Below are positions 26,040-37,682 of a stretch of 64,000 bases of DNA, in pieces. The stretch comes from Macrostomum lignano (taxonomy: Eukaryota): contig NIVC01000696.1 of NCBI GenBank assembly GCA_002269645.1, forward strand, positions 124,001 through 188,000. The letters run 5' to 3'. Position numbers and translations under genes: made by a program. Within the stretch, counting starts at the first letter, position 1. The number at the start of each line of letters is the position of its first letter. The notes below the pieces were generated by a model. It ran no database searches and was not told the origin of the DNA. It saw nothing but the letters and a program-made list of their open reading frames with translations.

Positions 26040-28695
26040 TTCTGTCTGACACAGACACGACTGTCTGACACAGACACAACTATCTGACACAGACACGACT
26101 GTCTGACACAGACACAACTATCTGACACAGACACGACTGTCTGACATAGACACGACTGACACAGACACGACTGTCTGACACAGACACAACTATCTGACAC
26201 AGACACGACTGTCTGACATAGACACGACTATCTGACACAGACACGACTGACACAGACACGACTGTCTGACACAGACACAACTATCTGACACAGACACAAC
26301 TGTCTGACACACACGACTGTCTGACACAGGCACAACTGTCTGACACAGGCACAACTGTCTGACACAGACACAACTTTCTGACACACAGACACGACTGTCT
26401 GACACAGGCACAACTGTCTGACACAGACACGACTGTCTGACACACAGACACGACTGTCTGACACAGGCACAACTGTCTGACACAGACACAACTATCTGAC
26501 ACAGACACAACTGTCTGACACACACGACTGTCTGACACAGGCACAACTGTCTGACACAGGCACAACTGTCTGACACAGACACAACTTTCTGACACACAGA
26601 CACGACTGTCTGACACAGGCACAACTGTCTGACACAGACACGACTGTCTGACACACAGACACGACTGTCTGACACAGGCACAACTGTCTGACACAGACAC
26701 AACTTTCTGACACACAGACACGACTGTCTGACACAGGCACAACTGTCTGACACAGACACGACTGTCTGACACACAGACACGACTGTCTGACACAGGCACA
26801 ACTGTCTGACACAGACACAACTTTCTGACACACAGACACGACTGTCTGACACAGGCACAACTGTCTGACACAGACACGACTGTCTGACACAGACACGACT
26901 GTCTGACACACAGACACGACTGTCTGACACACAGACACAACTATCTGACACAGACACGACTGTCTGACACATAGACATGACTGTCTGACACACAGACACA
27001 ACTATCTGACACAGACACGACTGTCTGACATAGACACGACTATCTGACACAGACACGACTGACACAGACACGACTGTCTGACACAGACACGACTGTCTGA
27101 CACAGACACGACTGTCTGACACACAGACACGACTGTCTGACACACAGACACAACTATCTGACACAGACACGACTGTCTGACATAGACACGACTATCTGAC
27201 ACAGACACGACTGACACAGACAGGACTGTCTGACACACAGACACAACTATCTGACACAGACACGACTGTCTGACACACAGGCACAACTGTCTGACACAGA
27301 CACAACTGTCTGACACAGACACAACTGTCTGACATAGGCACAACTGTCTGACACAGACACGACTGTCTGACAGAGGCACAACTGTCTGACACAGACACAA
27401 CTATCTGACACAGACACGACTGTCTGACACAGACACAACTATCTGACACAGACACGACTGACACAGACACGACTGTCTGACACAGACACAACTATCTGAC
27501 ACAGACACAACTGTCTGACACACACGACTGTCTGACACAGGCACAACTGTCTGACACAGGCACAACTGTCTGAACCAGACACAACTTTCTGACACACAGA
27601 CACGACTGTCTGACACAGGCACAACTGTCTGACACAGACACGACTGTCTGACACACAGACACGACTGTCTGACACACAGACACGACTGTCTGACACACAG
27701 ACACGACTGTCTGACACAGGCACAACTGTCCGACACAGACACAACTTTCTGACACACAGACACGACTGTCTGACACAGGCACAACTGTCTGACACAGACA
27801 CGACTGTCTGACACAGACACGACCGTCTGACACACAGACACGACTGTCTGACACACAGACACAACTATCTGACACAGACACGACTGTCTGACACATAGAC
27901 ATGACTGTCTGACACACAGACACAACTATCTGACACAGACACGACTGTCTGACACATAGACATGACTGTCTGACACACAGACACAACTATCTGACACAGA
28001 CACGACTGTCTGACATAGACACGACTATCTGACACAGACACGACTGACACAGACACGACTGTCTGACACAGACACGACTGTCTGACACAGGCACAACTGT
28101 CTGACACAGACACGACTGTCTGACACACAGACACGACTGTCTGACACACAGACACAACTATCTGACACAGACACGACTGTCTGACACATAGACATGACTG
28201 TCTGACACACAGACACAACTATCTGACAGAGACACGACTGTCTGACACATAGACATGACTGTCTGACACACAGACACAACTATCTGACACAGACACGACT
28301 GTCTGACATAGACACGACTATCTGACACAGACACGACTGACACAGACACGACTGTCTGACACAGACACGACTGTCTGACACAGGCACAACTGTCTGACAC
28401 AGACACGACTGTCTGACACACAGACACGACTGTCTGACACACAGACACAACTATCTGACACAGACACGACTGTCTGACACATAGACATGACTGTCTGACA
28501 CACAGACACAACTATCTGACACAGACACGACTGTCTGACATAGACACGACTATCTGACACAGACACGACTGACACAGACAGGACTGTCTGACACAGACAC
28601 AACTATCTGACACAGACACGACTGTCTGACACATAGACATGACTGTCTGACACACAGACACAACTGTCTGACACAGACACAACTGTCTGACACAG
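26040..28695. repeat. 19/21-bp minisatellite (CTGTCTGACACAGACACGA), ~2.65 kb
   Basis: 19-nt base period with 21-nt variants; 293-bp higher-order blocks near 27865-28500. Confidence 0.97.
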
Positions 28696-29464
28696 ACACC
28701 ACTCCCGGACTCCCTGCTTGAACCTGAGTACATACGAGCATATTGAATAAAAAAGCAAAAACGACGTCAAACCCTTAAATAAAAAAAGTATCTTAGAAGA
28801 GTATTTTACTTTTTTCAAAACGGGACAGCAAAAAAAGAAAAAAGTCAGTTTAACTTTGGCAAATGACTGCACAATACTGACCATAAATTCAGACACAAAT
28901 TATTAATGGTTAGTAAAAATCAACAATTAACAGGTGTCGCATTTATTCTGGTTTGAAGAGAGGCAAAGCAATAAATAAAAGGATTATATGAATAAAATTG
29001 GCGAGCACACCGCTGAGGCGGCACGTCAGGAATAATATAATTAAATGAGTGACTCCCAATCATATAAGCAGCACAATTAACAAAAAGGAACTGAAGCTTC
29101 ACAAACACTGGAGAATGAAATTGCACAAAAACTGGCACTAATTTATATATTTGCTTTATATAGTAATGAGAGAGTAGTCTAGTAAAGAAAAATGGAAGCG
29201 ATTAGATCGATGGTATATAGACAGGAAAAAGGCCAAAGGCTTATATAACTTCTTAATAAAATTTAGCTTAGTAAAACCTACTACTACTTACTTGCAGTAG
29301 TCTCAGTTAAAAAAAGATATTCCACTCAAGAAAATAGTAAAGAAAAAGCATATACCTTTAAATTATAGTTAAAAAACACACACTGCTCTACTAGAGCTCC
29401 ATTGAGCAGACTGTAGCCAGCCCTCAGCGCTGGTCCGTGGTCTCAGAGTAGTTAAAAATGGTGC

Positions 29465-29770
29465 TCAGGCGCTGCTATTCAGACTGCGAATAAGGAACTC
29501 CTCAAAGGCCTGGCCTCTGCCGTTAGTCTCGTAGTCCCTGCTGTACCGGCTAATTAGCGCGTTCAGCGAGATGAAGCCGTCCAGATTCATCTCGCCGGAC
29601 CCGTTCTGCTGGAATCTGCGCTGAGCCACGTGTAGAAAATGTGGCGAGAACTGGCGCGAGTGGATCTGCTGCAGTGCCGAGGCCAGCTCCTTGGAGTCGA
29701 TCAGGCCCGAGTTGTCGGCGTCGTAGGACATGAAGATGCCGCGCCAGCGCTGCACAAAGTTGTAGATGGC
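29465..29770 (-). CDS. Penta-EF-hand protein B, last exon
   Basis: Acceptor tgtccag|GCC; AIYNFVQRWRGIFMSYDADNSGLIDSKEL...LDGFISLN...FEEFL; collinear with PEF-A. Confidence 0.88.
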   Translation of the reverse strand, partial: AIYNFVQRWRGIFMSYDADNSGLIDSKELASALQQIHSRQFSPHFLHVAQRRFQQNGSGEMNLDGFISLNALISRYSRDYETNGRGQAFEEFLIRSLNSSA

Positions 29771-29869
29771 CTGGACAGGGGGGGGGGTTGGGGAGCTCTG
29801 AGCAAGCCTTGGGATATCTGGCTATGAGACACGTTGCCACCATGTTAAGTTGTAAAATGATTGTGAAAC

Positions 29870-30420
29870 TCGTGGGTTGGAAAGGTTGTGGATTGTGAAG
29901 ACTGTGGATTGTGAAGATTGTGGATTGTGAAGGTTGTGGATTGTAAATTTGTGGATTGTGAAGACTGTGGATTGTGAAGACTGTGGTTTGTGAAGGTTGT
30001 GGATTGTAAATTTGTGGATTGTGAAGACTGTGGTTTGTGAAGGTTGTGGATTGTGAAGATTGTGGATTGTGAAGATTGTGGATTGTGAAGACTGTGGTTT
30101 GTGAAGGTTGTGGATTGTAAATTTGTGGATTGTGAAGACTGTGGTTTGTGAAGGTTGTGGATTGTGAAGATTGTGGATTGTGAAGATTGTGGATTGTGAA
30201 GACTGTGGTTTGTGAAGGTTGTGGATTGTAAATATTGTGGATTGAAGATTGTGGATTGTGAAGATTGTGGATTGTGAAGATAGTGAATTGTGAAGATTAA
30301 TGTTTGTGAAGCTAGTGAATTGTGAAGCTTAAGGTTTGTGAAGCCAGTGTGAATTGTGAAGCTTAAGGTTTGTGAAGCTAGTGAATTGTGAAGATTAAGG
30401 TTTGTGAAGCCAGTAGTTTT
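29870..30420. repeat. 16-bp minisatellite (TGTGGATTGTGAAGAT) within the PEF-B intron
   Basis: 16-nt period with variants. Confidence 0.92.
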
Positions 30421-30511
30421 GCGAATGGAATTTTCGGGAATATAAAAGACTAACAACGCATCCGCAGTCTTCAATTCAAATACAAGCCACCAATTCTTTT
30501 AAAAATCGAAC

Positions 30512-30820
30512 CTCGAACTCGCCGAGCTCAATAAAACCGCTCTTGTCAACATCGAACATGCTGACCAGCAGCCGGCAGGTGCTCAGAGTGAAATGACGCC
30601 AATCGTCGGTAACCAGGGCCTCCTGCAACTCCTGCACCGTGATTGAGCCGTCATTGTTCTCGTCAACGGCGGCGAACCACATGGCCACCTCCGGGTTCAC
30701 CGGCTGCGGCTGCGGGGCCGACGGAGCCGCCGGCCTGGCAGGGGGCGCCATCGCCATGGACTCCTCGTAGGAGGGCGGCGGCCCTTCATAGGCGGGCTGG
30801 TTGAAATTGTATTGGAAAGA
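30512..30820 (-). CDS. Penta-EF-hand protein B, exon with P-rich N-terminus plus EF1-EF2 (first exon not located)
   Basis: Acceptor cccgcag|TCT; VNPEVAMWFAAVDENNDGSITVQEL...FDVDKSGFIELGEFE; donor at the same FE| position as PEF-A. Confidence 0.88.
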
Positions 30821-30864
30821 CTGCGGGAGGGAAATATTTACAAGGGAATGCCGAATCTTCTCAA

Positions 30865-32060
30865 TCTTTTAAATGTTCCAATGTTTCAAATCTCATCCTG
30901 ATGTTTCTAAATCTCATTCTAAAGTTTCCAAATCTCATCCTGATGTTTCTAAATCTCATTCTAAAGTTTCCAAATCTCATCCTGATGTTTCTAAATCTCA
31001 TTCTAAAGTTTCCAAATCTCATCCTGATGTTTCTAAATCTCATTCTAAAGTTTCCAAATCTCATCCTGATGTTTCTAAATCTCATTCTAAAGTTTCCAAA
31101 TCTCATCCTGATGTTTCTAAATCTCATTCTAAAGTTTCCAAATCTCATCCTGATGTTTCTAAATCTCATCCTAAAGTTTCCAAATCTCATCCTGATGTTT
31201 CTAAATCTCATTCCTAAGTTTCCAAATATCATCCTGATGTTTCTAAATCTCATCCTAATGTTTCCAAATCTCATCCTAAAGTTTCCAAATCTTAATGTGA
31301 TTTTTCCAAATCTCAATGTGATTTTTCCAAATCTCAATGTGATTTTTCCAAATCTCAATGTGATGTTTCCAAATCTCAATTTGATGTTTCCAAATATCAT
31401 CCTAAAGTTTCCAAATCTCAATGTGATGCTTACAAATTCTCATCCTAAAGTTTCCAATTCTCAATGTGATGTTTCCAAATCTCAATTTGATGTTTCCAAA
31501 TCTCAATGTGATTTTTCCAAATCTCAATTTGATGTTTCCAAATCTCAATTTGATGTTTCCAAATCTCAATTTGATGTTTTCCAAATCTCAATGTGATGTT
31601 TCCAAATATCATCCTAAAGTTTCCAAATCTCAATGTGATGCTTACAAATTCTCATTCTAAAGTTTCCAAATCTCAATGTGATGTTTCCAAATCTCATCCT
31701 AAAGTTTCCAAATCTCAATATGATGTTTCTAAATCTCATCCTGGTGTTTCAAAATCTCATACCGATGTTTCCAAAGCTCATCTTGATGTTTCCAAATCTC
31801 ATTCTAAAGTTTCCAAATCTCATATTGATGTTTCCAAATCTCATTCTGTTTCCAAATCTCATCCTGATGTTTCCAAATCTCATCCTAAAGTTTCCAAAAT
31901 CTCATCCTGATGTTTCAAAATCTCATCCATCCTGATGTTTCCAAATCTCATCCTGATGTTTCAAAATCCCATCTTGATGTTTCCAAATCTCGTCCTGGTG
32001 TTTTAAAATCTGTTTCTCATGTTTCAAAATATCATCCTGATTTTTAAAAATTTCATCCAT
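30865..32060. repeat. 21-bp minisatellite (TTTCCAAATCTCATCCTGATG) with 42-bp dimer periodicity
   Basis: 21-nt period; perfect 42-bp block at ~30890-31200. Confidence 0.95.
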
Positions 32061-32629
32061 TCTGATGTTTCATTGATCGATTTTATTTAAAGATTTAAAT
32101 AATTCAAATGATTGTAACAAATCACAAGCCTTAACATATCAGCTATTCCCCCTTGTGAGCCTTGACATCTCCGCAATGCTTCCCATAAGCCTTGAAATCT
32201 ATAACTTGTTTTGTAATGTTTAACTCTTAACTCTACTTGTTTTGTAATTGAAAATTAGAGTATGCAAGTAATTTTCTATTGCTAGTATTAGAAAGATCGG
32301 TATCTATACAAAACAGAACCAAACTAAACACGATACTCGTAAATGTAAATAAAAAACAAGAGACACTTCCTTGCCTTGTACTTAACTGGCATTAAAGTGA
32401 GTTTATTGAAACAGCAGCGAATTCAAGAACTGAGCATTCAGTCATAATAAAAACGTGAAAAAGTGGAAAAAATCGCGTCTAGGAATGTTCCAAAGAATTT
32501 ATTAGAGATTCAAATAGTGAGTAGAAAAATCATTCAGTGTGAAAGTCCTGAAAGACATTTATTCGTCTAGGAGTTTATCTATCTGCTCCTCTGATTTAGT
32601 GGGGATTATAAGAATAAATTTTATAAAGT

Positions 32630-32745
32630 CTCTGATTTATTTATTTATTTATAAGAATTTATTTATTTATTTATTTATTTATTGATTTATTTATTGATTT
32701 ATTTATTTTATTTATTGATTTATTTATTTATAAGAATAAATAAAT
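32630..32745. repeat. (ATTT)n microsatellite
   Basis: Direct reading. Confidence 0.85.
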
Positions 32746-32859
32746 TTTATTCTTATAATCCCCACCAGTAAATTTTATTTTACTGGTCCTTGACTCTAAG
32801 TCTAATAGCTGTTAGCGACCATAATCTGCCAGTGAAAACTAAGAGAGATGGGGCACTGC

Positions 32860-33147
32860 CATACATGCGCAACAGTCGGCCGATCCGGCCGACCGATTTG
32901 GCGGCCAACCAAGGAAGTCGCAAAAATGCCCACCCGAAAAAAATACCAAAGTAGTAGTACTAAGTAGCTGACGAGGCATTTTGACTTAATAAGACAGTCA
33001 TAGTTACTCCTGCCGTTTACCCACAGTTGCGTTAATTTTGTTAGGGTTTTTTTTCATGTGAGTCGCATTTTTGGCCAAAAACTACGTCGCATTTTTGTTA
33101 AAACTAAGTCGCATGTCCGACCGAATTTTGGAGGTTGCGCATGTATG
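32860..33147. mobile_element. MITE copy A carrying a 28S rRNA fragment; 14-bp TIR CATACATGCGCAAC, 8-bp TSD GGCACTGC
   Basis: Perfect TIRs; identical 8-mers at 32852-32859 and 33148-33155; an 8-bp TSD fits hAT or P superfamilies. Confidence 0.9.
32959..33022 (-). pseudogene. 64-nt LSU (28S) rRNA fragment, helix 69-71 region, inside MITE A
   Basis: GGGTAAACGGCAGGAGTAACTATGACTGTCTTA-TTAAGTCA-AAATGCCTCGTCAGCTACTTAGT versus the remembered conserved eukaryotic GGGTAAACGGCGGGAGTAACTATGACTCTCTTA-AGGTAGCC-AAATGCCTCGTCATCTAATTAGT; 52/56 identical outside the central 8 nt. Confidence 0.9.
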
Positions 33148-33382
33148 GGCACTGCATTTCTAAGAAGAAAAATTTGAAGGCCGGCTTCAAGCAAAAAATA
33201 AGCAGTCTTTATACGCAGATTGAATTTTGTATTGGTTTCGCGCACATATTTCCATAACAAAAGAAACCTGTGTTACGCTTTAAACAGTTGAATAGACGGA
33301 TGGTGAAAAAAGTAAAGCTTTATTACAAAGCATTTCTATCGCGTAAAACGACCCTTCAAAAACTGTCTCTTCGCTCTTCGCC

Positions 33383-33910
33383 CAGTGGCGCGGTCAGGAT
33401 TTTAATCTAGAGGGGGCGAGTCACGAGCCAGAGCCACCCATAGACAGTGACATTGTAAGGCAGGGGTCGGCGAGGGCCGGATAGAGAACCTAGCACATGA
33501 CTGCGGGCCAGGAGGGTAGAGAGGAGAGGAAATCAAATTAGAGAGAAGGGAGCTGAGAAGAGGCTAAAAGGACACGAGAGCCGGATACAAAAGCTTTGTG
33601 GCCCGCGGGCAGGGAGTTAATTTCGGACCCATATTGTAATGTAAGATAAACAGGCGCCGCGGAAAATGTTTTTTTTTCCGGGGGACAACAAATCTCATTT
33701 ACTAGTTACTGAATTACTTGTAAATATTTTAGTGCCAATTTAGCGCCGACAGGCACTTGGCGCCAATTTAGCACTGGAAAGCAAAATTTTAGCTAATAAA
33801 GTCGTGTTCCTATCACCCATTTTTTACTACTGTAAAGACTAAGCTTTAAAAGCTTTAAAACTTGGTCGGCTGTGTGGCGAGGGTCATGACCCCCTCCCCC
33901 CTAGCCGCTG
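33383..33910. mobile_element. Possible decayed hAT-type MITE (CAGTGGCG... left end, degraded ...CCCCCTAGCCGC right end)
   Basis: Left end resembles common hAT MITE termini; right end degraded, no TSD seen. Confidence 0.3.
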
Positions 33911-33942
33911 CTTAAGCCGGCCTTGGAAACTGCATGATCAGC

Positions 33943-34590
33943 TCAGCTAGACAGTTCTACAGAAGAGGCGGCTGGGGCACGAGGCTGAGCTCCATCCGCA
34001 TTGTTTGCATTATCAGCAGCGGCTAAGAACTCGCCTTCACCGTCCAGCATTCTGGGCAGCTCGCGCAGCAGATAATCTTCAAGAGATGGCGCCGTGTACC
34101 GATGCCCGCCAGTCTTGTACAGCCGCGCCAAGCGAGACAGACAGGCGTTCAGCGCTAGGAAGGCATCAAGGCTGAGCGACATTCGATGCACAGAGCGGGA
34201 TAAGCGCGATTTCAATAAAGCAATTAGGCGAGAGATGAACTGCGGATTAAACTGATGTTTGTAGATAGTGCTGAGCGCTACAATCAGCTCGAACTGGTCA
34301 ATGCTGCCAGACCGATCGTGGTCCTGGTCAAGAAACGTCATGGACCATTCGTGCAGGAATGAGCGCAGCTCAAGAAATTCGCCAAATTCTAATTGGCTAT
34401 TTCGAGCGTGCGTGTCGAAGATGCGAACCAGCAGGCGACAGGTGGGCTGGGTGAATGGCTTGCAGGCCGGGCTGAGAAGGCCGCAGCGCAGCTCCTGGGC
34501 GCTGATCAACCCGTCGCCATCAATATCCATCAGGTCGAACCATTCGCGAGCCTCGGCAGCATCTCGGTCCATAGTGCAAGCTGCAGTCAT
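33943..34590 (-). CDS. Penta-EF-hand protein C, intronless CDS, 215 aa
   Basis: EWFDLMDIDGDGLISAQEL...CRLLVRIFD...DHDRSGSIDQFEL...LDAFLALN...LEDYL; collinear with PEF-A and PEF-B. Confidence 0.85.
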   Translation of the reverse strand: MTAACTMDRDAAEAREWFDLMDIDGDGLISAQELRCGLLSPACKPFTQPTCRLLVRIFDTHARNSQLEFGEFLELRSFLHEWSMTFLDQDHDRSGSIDQFELIVALSTIYKHQFNPQFISRLIALLKSRLSRSVHRMSLSLDAFLALNACLSRLARLYKTGGHRYTAPSLEDYLLRELPRMLDGEGEFLAAADNANNADGAQPRAPAASSVELSS

Positions 34591-35909
34591 TCATCACAGT
34601 GCAATGCTTGATCTGTTTCTGTTAGCCCAAAATCCTACATCATCTTATACGCGTATGAGTATATCTTATTCCTTATTTTCACTAGTAGGACATTAGATAT
34701 TTTTTAATATATTTACATTTTATTTCTACTATTAGTAGAGTATCAAAAAAACCTTATAAAATACTAACTAGGCCCTAAAGCATTTTAACTAGCAAACATA
34801 GGCCTTTAAATTCACACAGACATTTTGTGATTATAGAAATAGGAGATAAGGATCCTTATTTAATGTATAAATATATATAGACATCAGATCAATTTTCTTT
34901 AGGATCTTGGGATTGGGATTTTGGATCCTATCTTACATCTAATAAAGTCTAGATTTTTACATTTTTTTGGGTCCAAGAGGCAATAATATGAGCAAGATAG
35001 AACTATGCTTAGCCTGTAGGTACAAGAAATTACTTCTGATTCTTAGATTTTTGAGAAGCTTTTACCAGACTCATTGGGTGTCTAATATGGGACAATTTTG
35101 AATCTTTTTGAACCTTTTGAATCAAAAGGTTTGGCTACAATAATAGAAAATTCTCCATAAAATGGATGGAAAAATTATTAAAAGGTCTATTGGACCCCAA
35201 AATATCATTTGAGGGTTAATAGAACATATATATATATCCTATATATATCCTATCTATATCCTAATGGTAAGTGTTAACTACACACTGTAAAAAATCAAGC
35301 AAAATGTGAGCTTCAAGTAAATCTTCTTTATTCATCTTTTTATGCCATATCTCCTTATAGTACAAGGTTTTTTAGGAATACATGACAAAGATATTGAGGT
35401 CATATGTGCCATGCCACAGGGTCATTTTTAAAACATTCTAGATGCTAGACAGCTGTCCATCATTTAGCAACTTTTTTAACATGGTATCAATCATCTATTG
35501 AATAAATAATGGATAACTAAAACTATCCCAATCAAAGAAATATAACTATCTATAAAAATATATTACTTAGAAGATAGTTTGAATTAATTTTTTCTATGCT
35601 TCCTTTCTTATTGGATGATTAAATATTATATGATAGATTATCACATTTGTTTAAAAAATTGTGATAAAAAATTACATATACAAAAATGATATCTCATTAT
35701 AAATTTTTACATGTCTTACAATATATTATAATGAAAAATAAGCTTTATAATATATAAAATTTTGTTATTTCTTTTTCTCAAAAAGTCCTTTTATTTGCTA
35801 ATAAACAAAAACTGAAAAGGTGGCCAATAAAATGATTGCTTACCAAAATCACAATTAACTTAACTAGCTAATCAATAATATTCTAGCAATAATCAATAGC
35901 TTATTTATT

Positions 35910-37150
35910 GGGTAATGGTCATTTTGTCAACTGGCATTTTGTCAACTCGGTTGACTAAGTGACCAAAGTGTTAAGGCAACTTTACTGGTGGTTGACAAAG
36001 TGACCAATGCCTAGGTCCTCCCCATTTGCTTGTTGATGAAGTGACCAAAATTGTCATTATATGAATGATATGTAGTTCATACAGCAGCATAGCTTATAAT
36101 AGTTGTTATATTGATGAGTTTGTTTTAATAATTACCTAATTTGATTTTAAACAATCAAACTTTGCAATTTTGTTATGGTACAGTATATATGTTAACTGCA
36201 TGCCAATTATACATATATTTGATAGGTTAAATGTTCCGATGCGAATATTCTAGATACAAGTGTGTCACCTATGCACACTCATACCCATATGCATCCATAT
36301 GCATAGGCTCTACAGTGTGATAAATGCGAGCGATGGCAGCATTGTACTTGTAAAATGAATCAAGTCCAAGAAGTATTGCAATTTTCTTAAAATAATATTT
36401 TTTCTTTTGTCTGCATTTAGTACCATATTACTGCTTACTGTACAGAACTACATATCATGTACTATTGTACAGTGTATATGCGATGGTACAAAATCGCACT
36501 ACAATAGCAGTATGATTGTGTTTAATACTAAATATAGGTTTTAAGTATAGTGTGTGCATATAATATATATTATTATATAAATTTTATTGCGTGATTGACA
36601 TCAACATGACCATAAATGTTATGGTTAATTTGGAATGCTTTATATATTATATATACTCATATTTTTAAAATAAACCATGTAGAGTGGACCATTTCAAGCG
36701 TTATTATCTTTGGTCCAGTACTTATCAACTACTCTTTAATGAATTTCTACACATCCAAAAATTTGTCATGCAAATATGTAACATTGGATATCAACCGCGT
36801 CATACTGCACACATTTCAAAAACCTGAGAGTGAATTATTGTTTGTTAATGTATAGTCAAAGACGCATCGATCGAAGCCGGCAGATGTTGCGCAAAAAGGT
36901 ATCTATATATTAAATAGCCTGTAGACTTAGTCATCTCAGGATTCAGTTTTAGTTTTTTTGCGGCCATGGAGGATAGTTTATTGGCAGTTGACAAAGTGAC
37001 CTATATTGGGGAACTCCCCGTTGGTCAGTTGACAAAGTGACTGAGGTTTGAGACTGCTTCATTGACTAGTTGACAAAACGACCAATGCAAAAACTGAGTT
37101 GACAAAATGGCCAGTTGACAAAACGCCAGTTGACGAAATGACTAGGACCC
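35910..37150. mobile_element. 1.24-kb non-autonomous DNA transposon (possibly Mutator-like) with GGGT termini and repeated GTTGACAAA motifs
   Basis: Left GGGTAATGGTCATTTTGTCAACTGGCATTTTGTCAAC mirrored by GTTGACAAAACGCCAGTTGACGAAATGACTAGGACCC; flanks TATTTATT / TATTTATC. Confidence 0.75.
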
Positions 37151-37682
37151 TATTTATCTAATTTATAGTTAGTTACAATACAATGGCTTGCTAAGATATT
37201 AGAGCCTATAAAAATGAAAATAATAAAAAAGCTTGGCCCTAGCATAGCCATAGAGGCTATTGTCTTTCTACTCATTAAAAAGGTTATAATGCCAATATTT
37301 TCTTTGGTTTATGATCATTTGAATATATATTTACATGATTCATATAGGCCTAGCCCTAGACTATATCACTACACTATAGCTATAGGGCATATCTATTATC
37401 TAGGCCTATATTAGGGCCTAGGGCTACCTAGTATAAAGAATTACAAAACAAGTATTAGGCCCATATGAACTTACTGGAGTGCAATTTATCTAGTAAATGA
37501 GTAAAGTAGGCTCTAAGTATTTTAAAGATATTAATCAAATTAGTCAATATCAAATAAAAGATAAAGATTGCTGGCAATATTAGGCATTAAAAATTAAAGA
37601 TGTTTTTAAAAAGGAAATAACCAATTAGGGGTATTAAAACAAAGATTTAGCTAGATAAGTATAGGCATTTATTATTTGCAAT

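Noticed and set aside
26080-28896. Many Cys/Val-rich ORFs resembling metallothionein or keratin-associated proteins
   Set aside because: Artefacts of the 19-bp CA-rich array, open in several frames at once.
30861-31935. Leucine-rich-repeat-like ORFs (FPNLILMFLNLILK)
   Set aside because: Translation of the 21-bp minisatellite; no non-repetitive flanking coding sequence.
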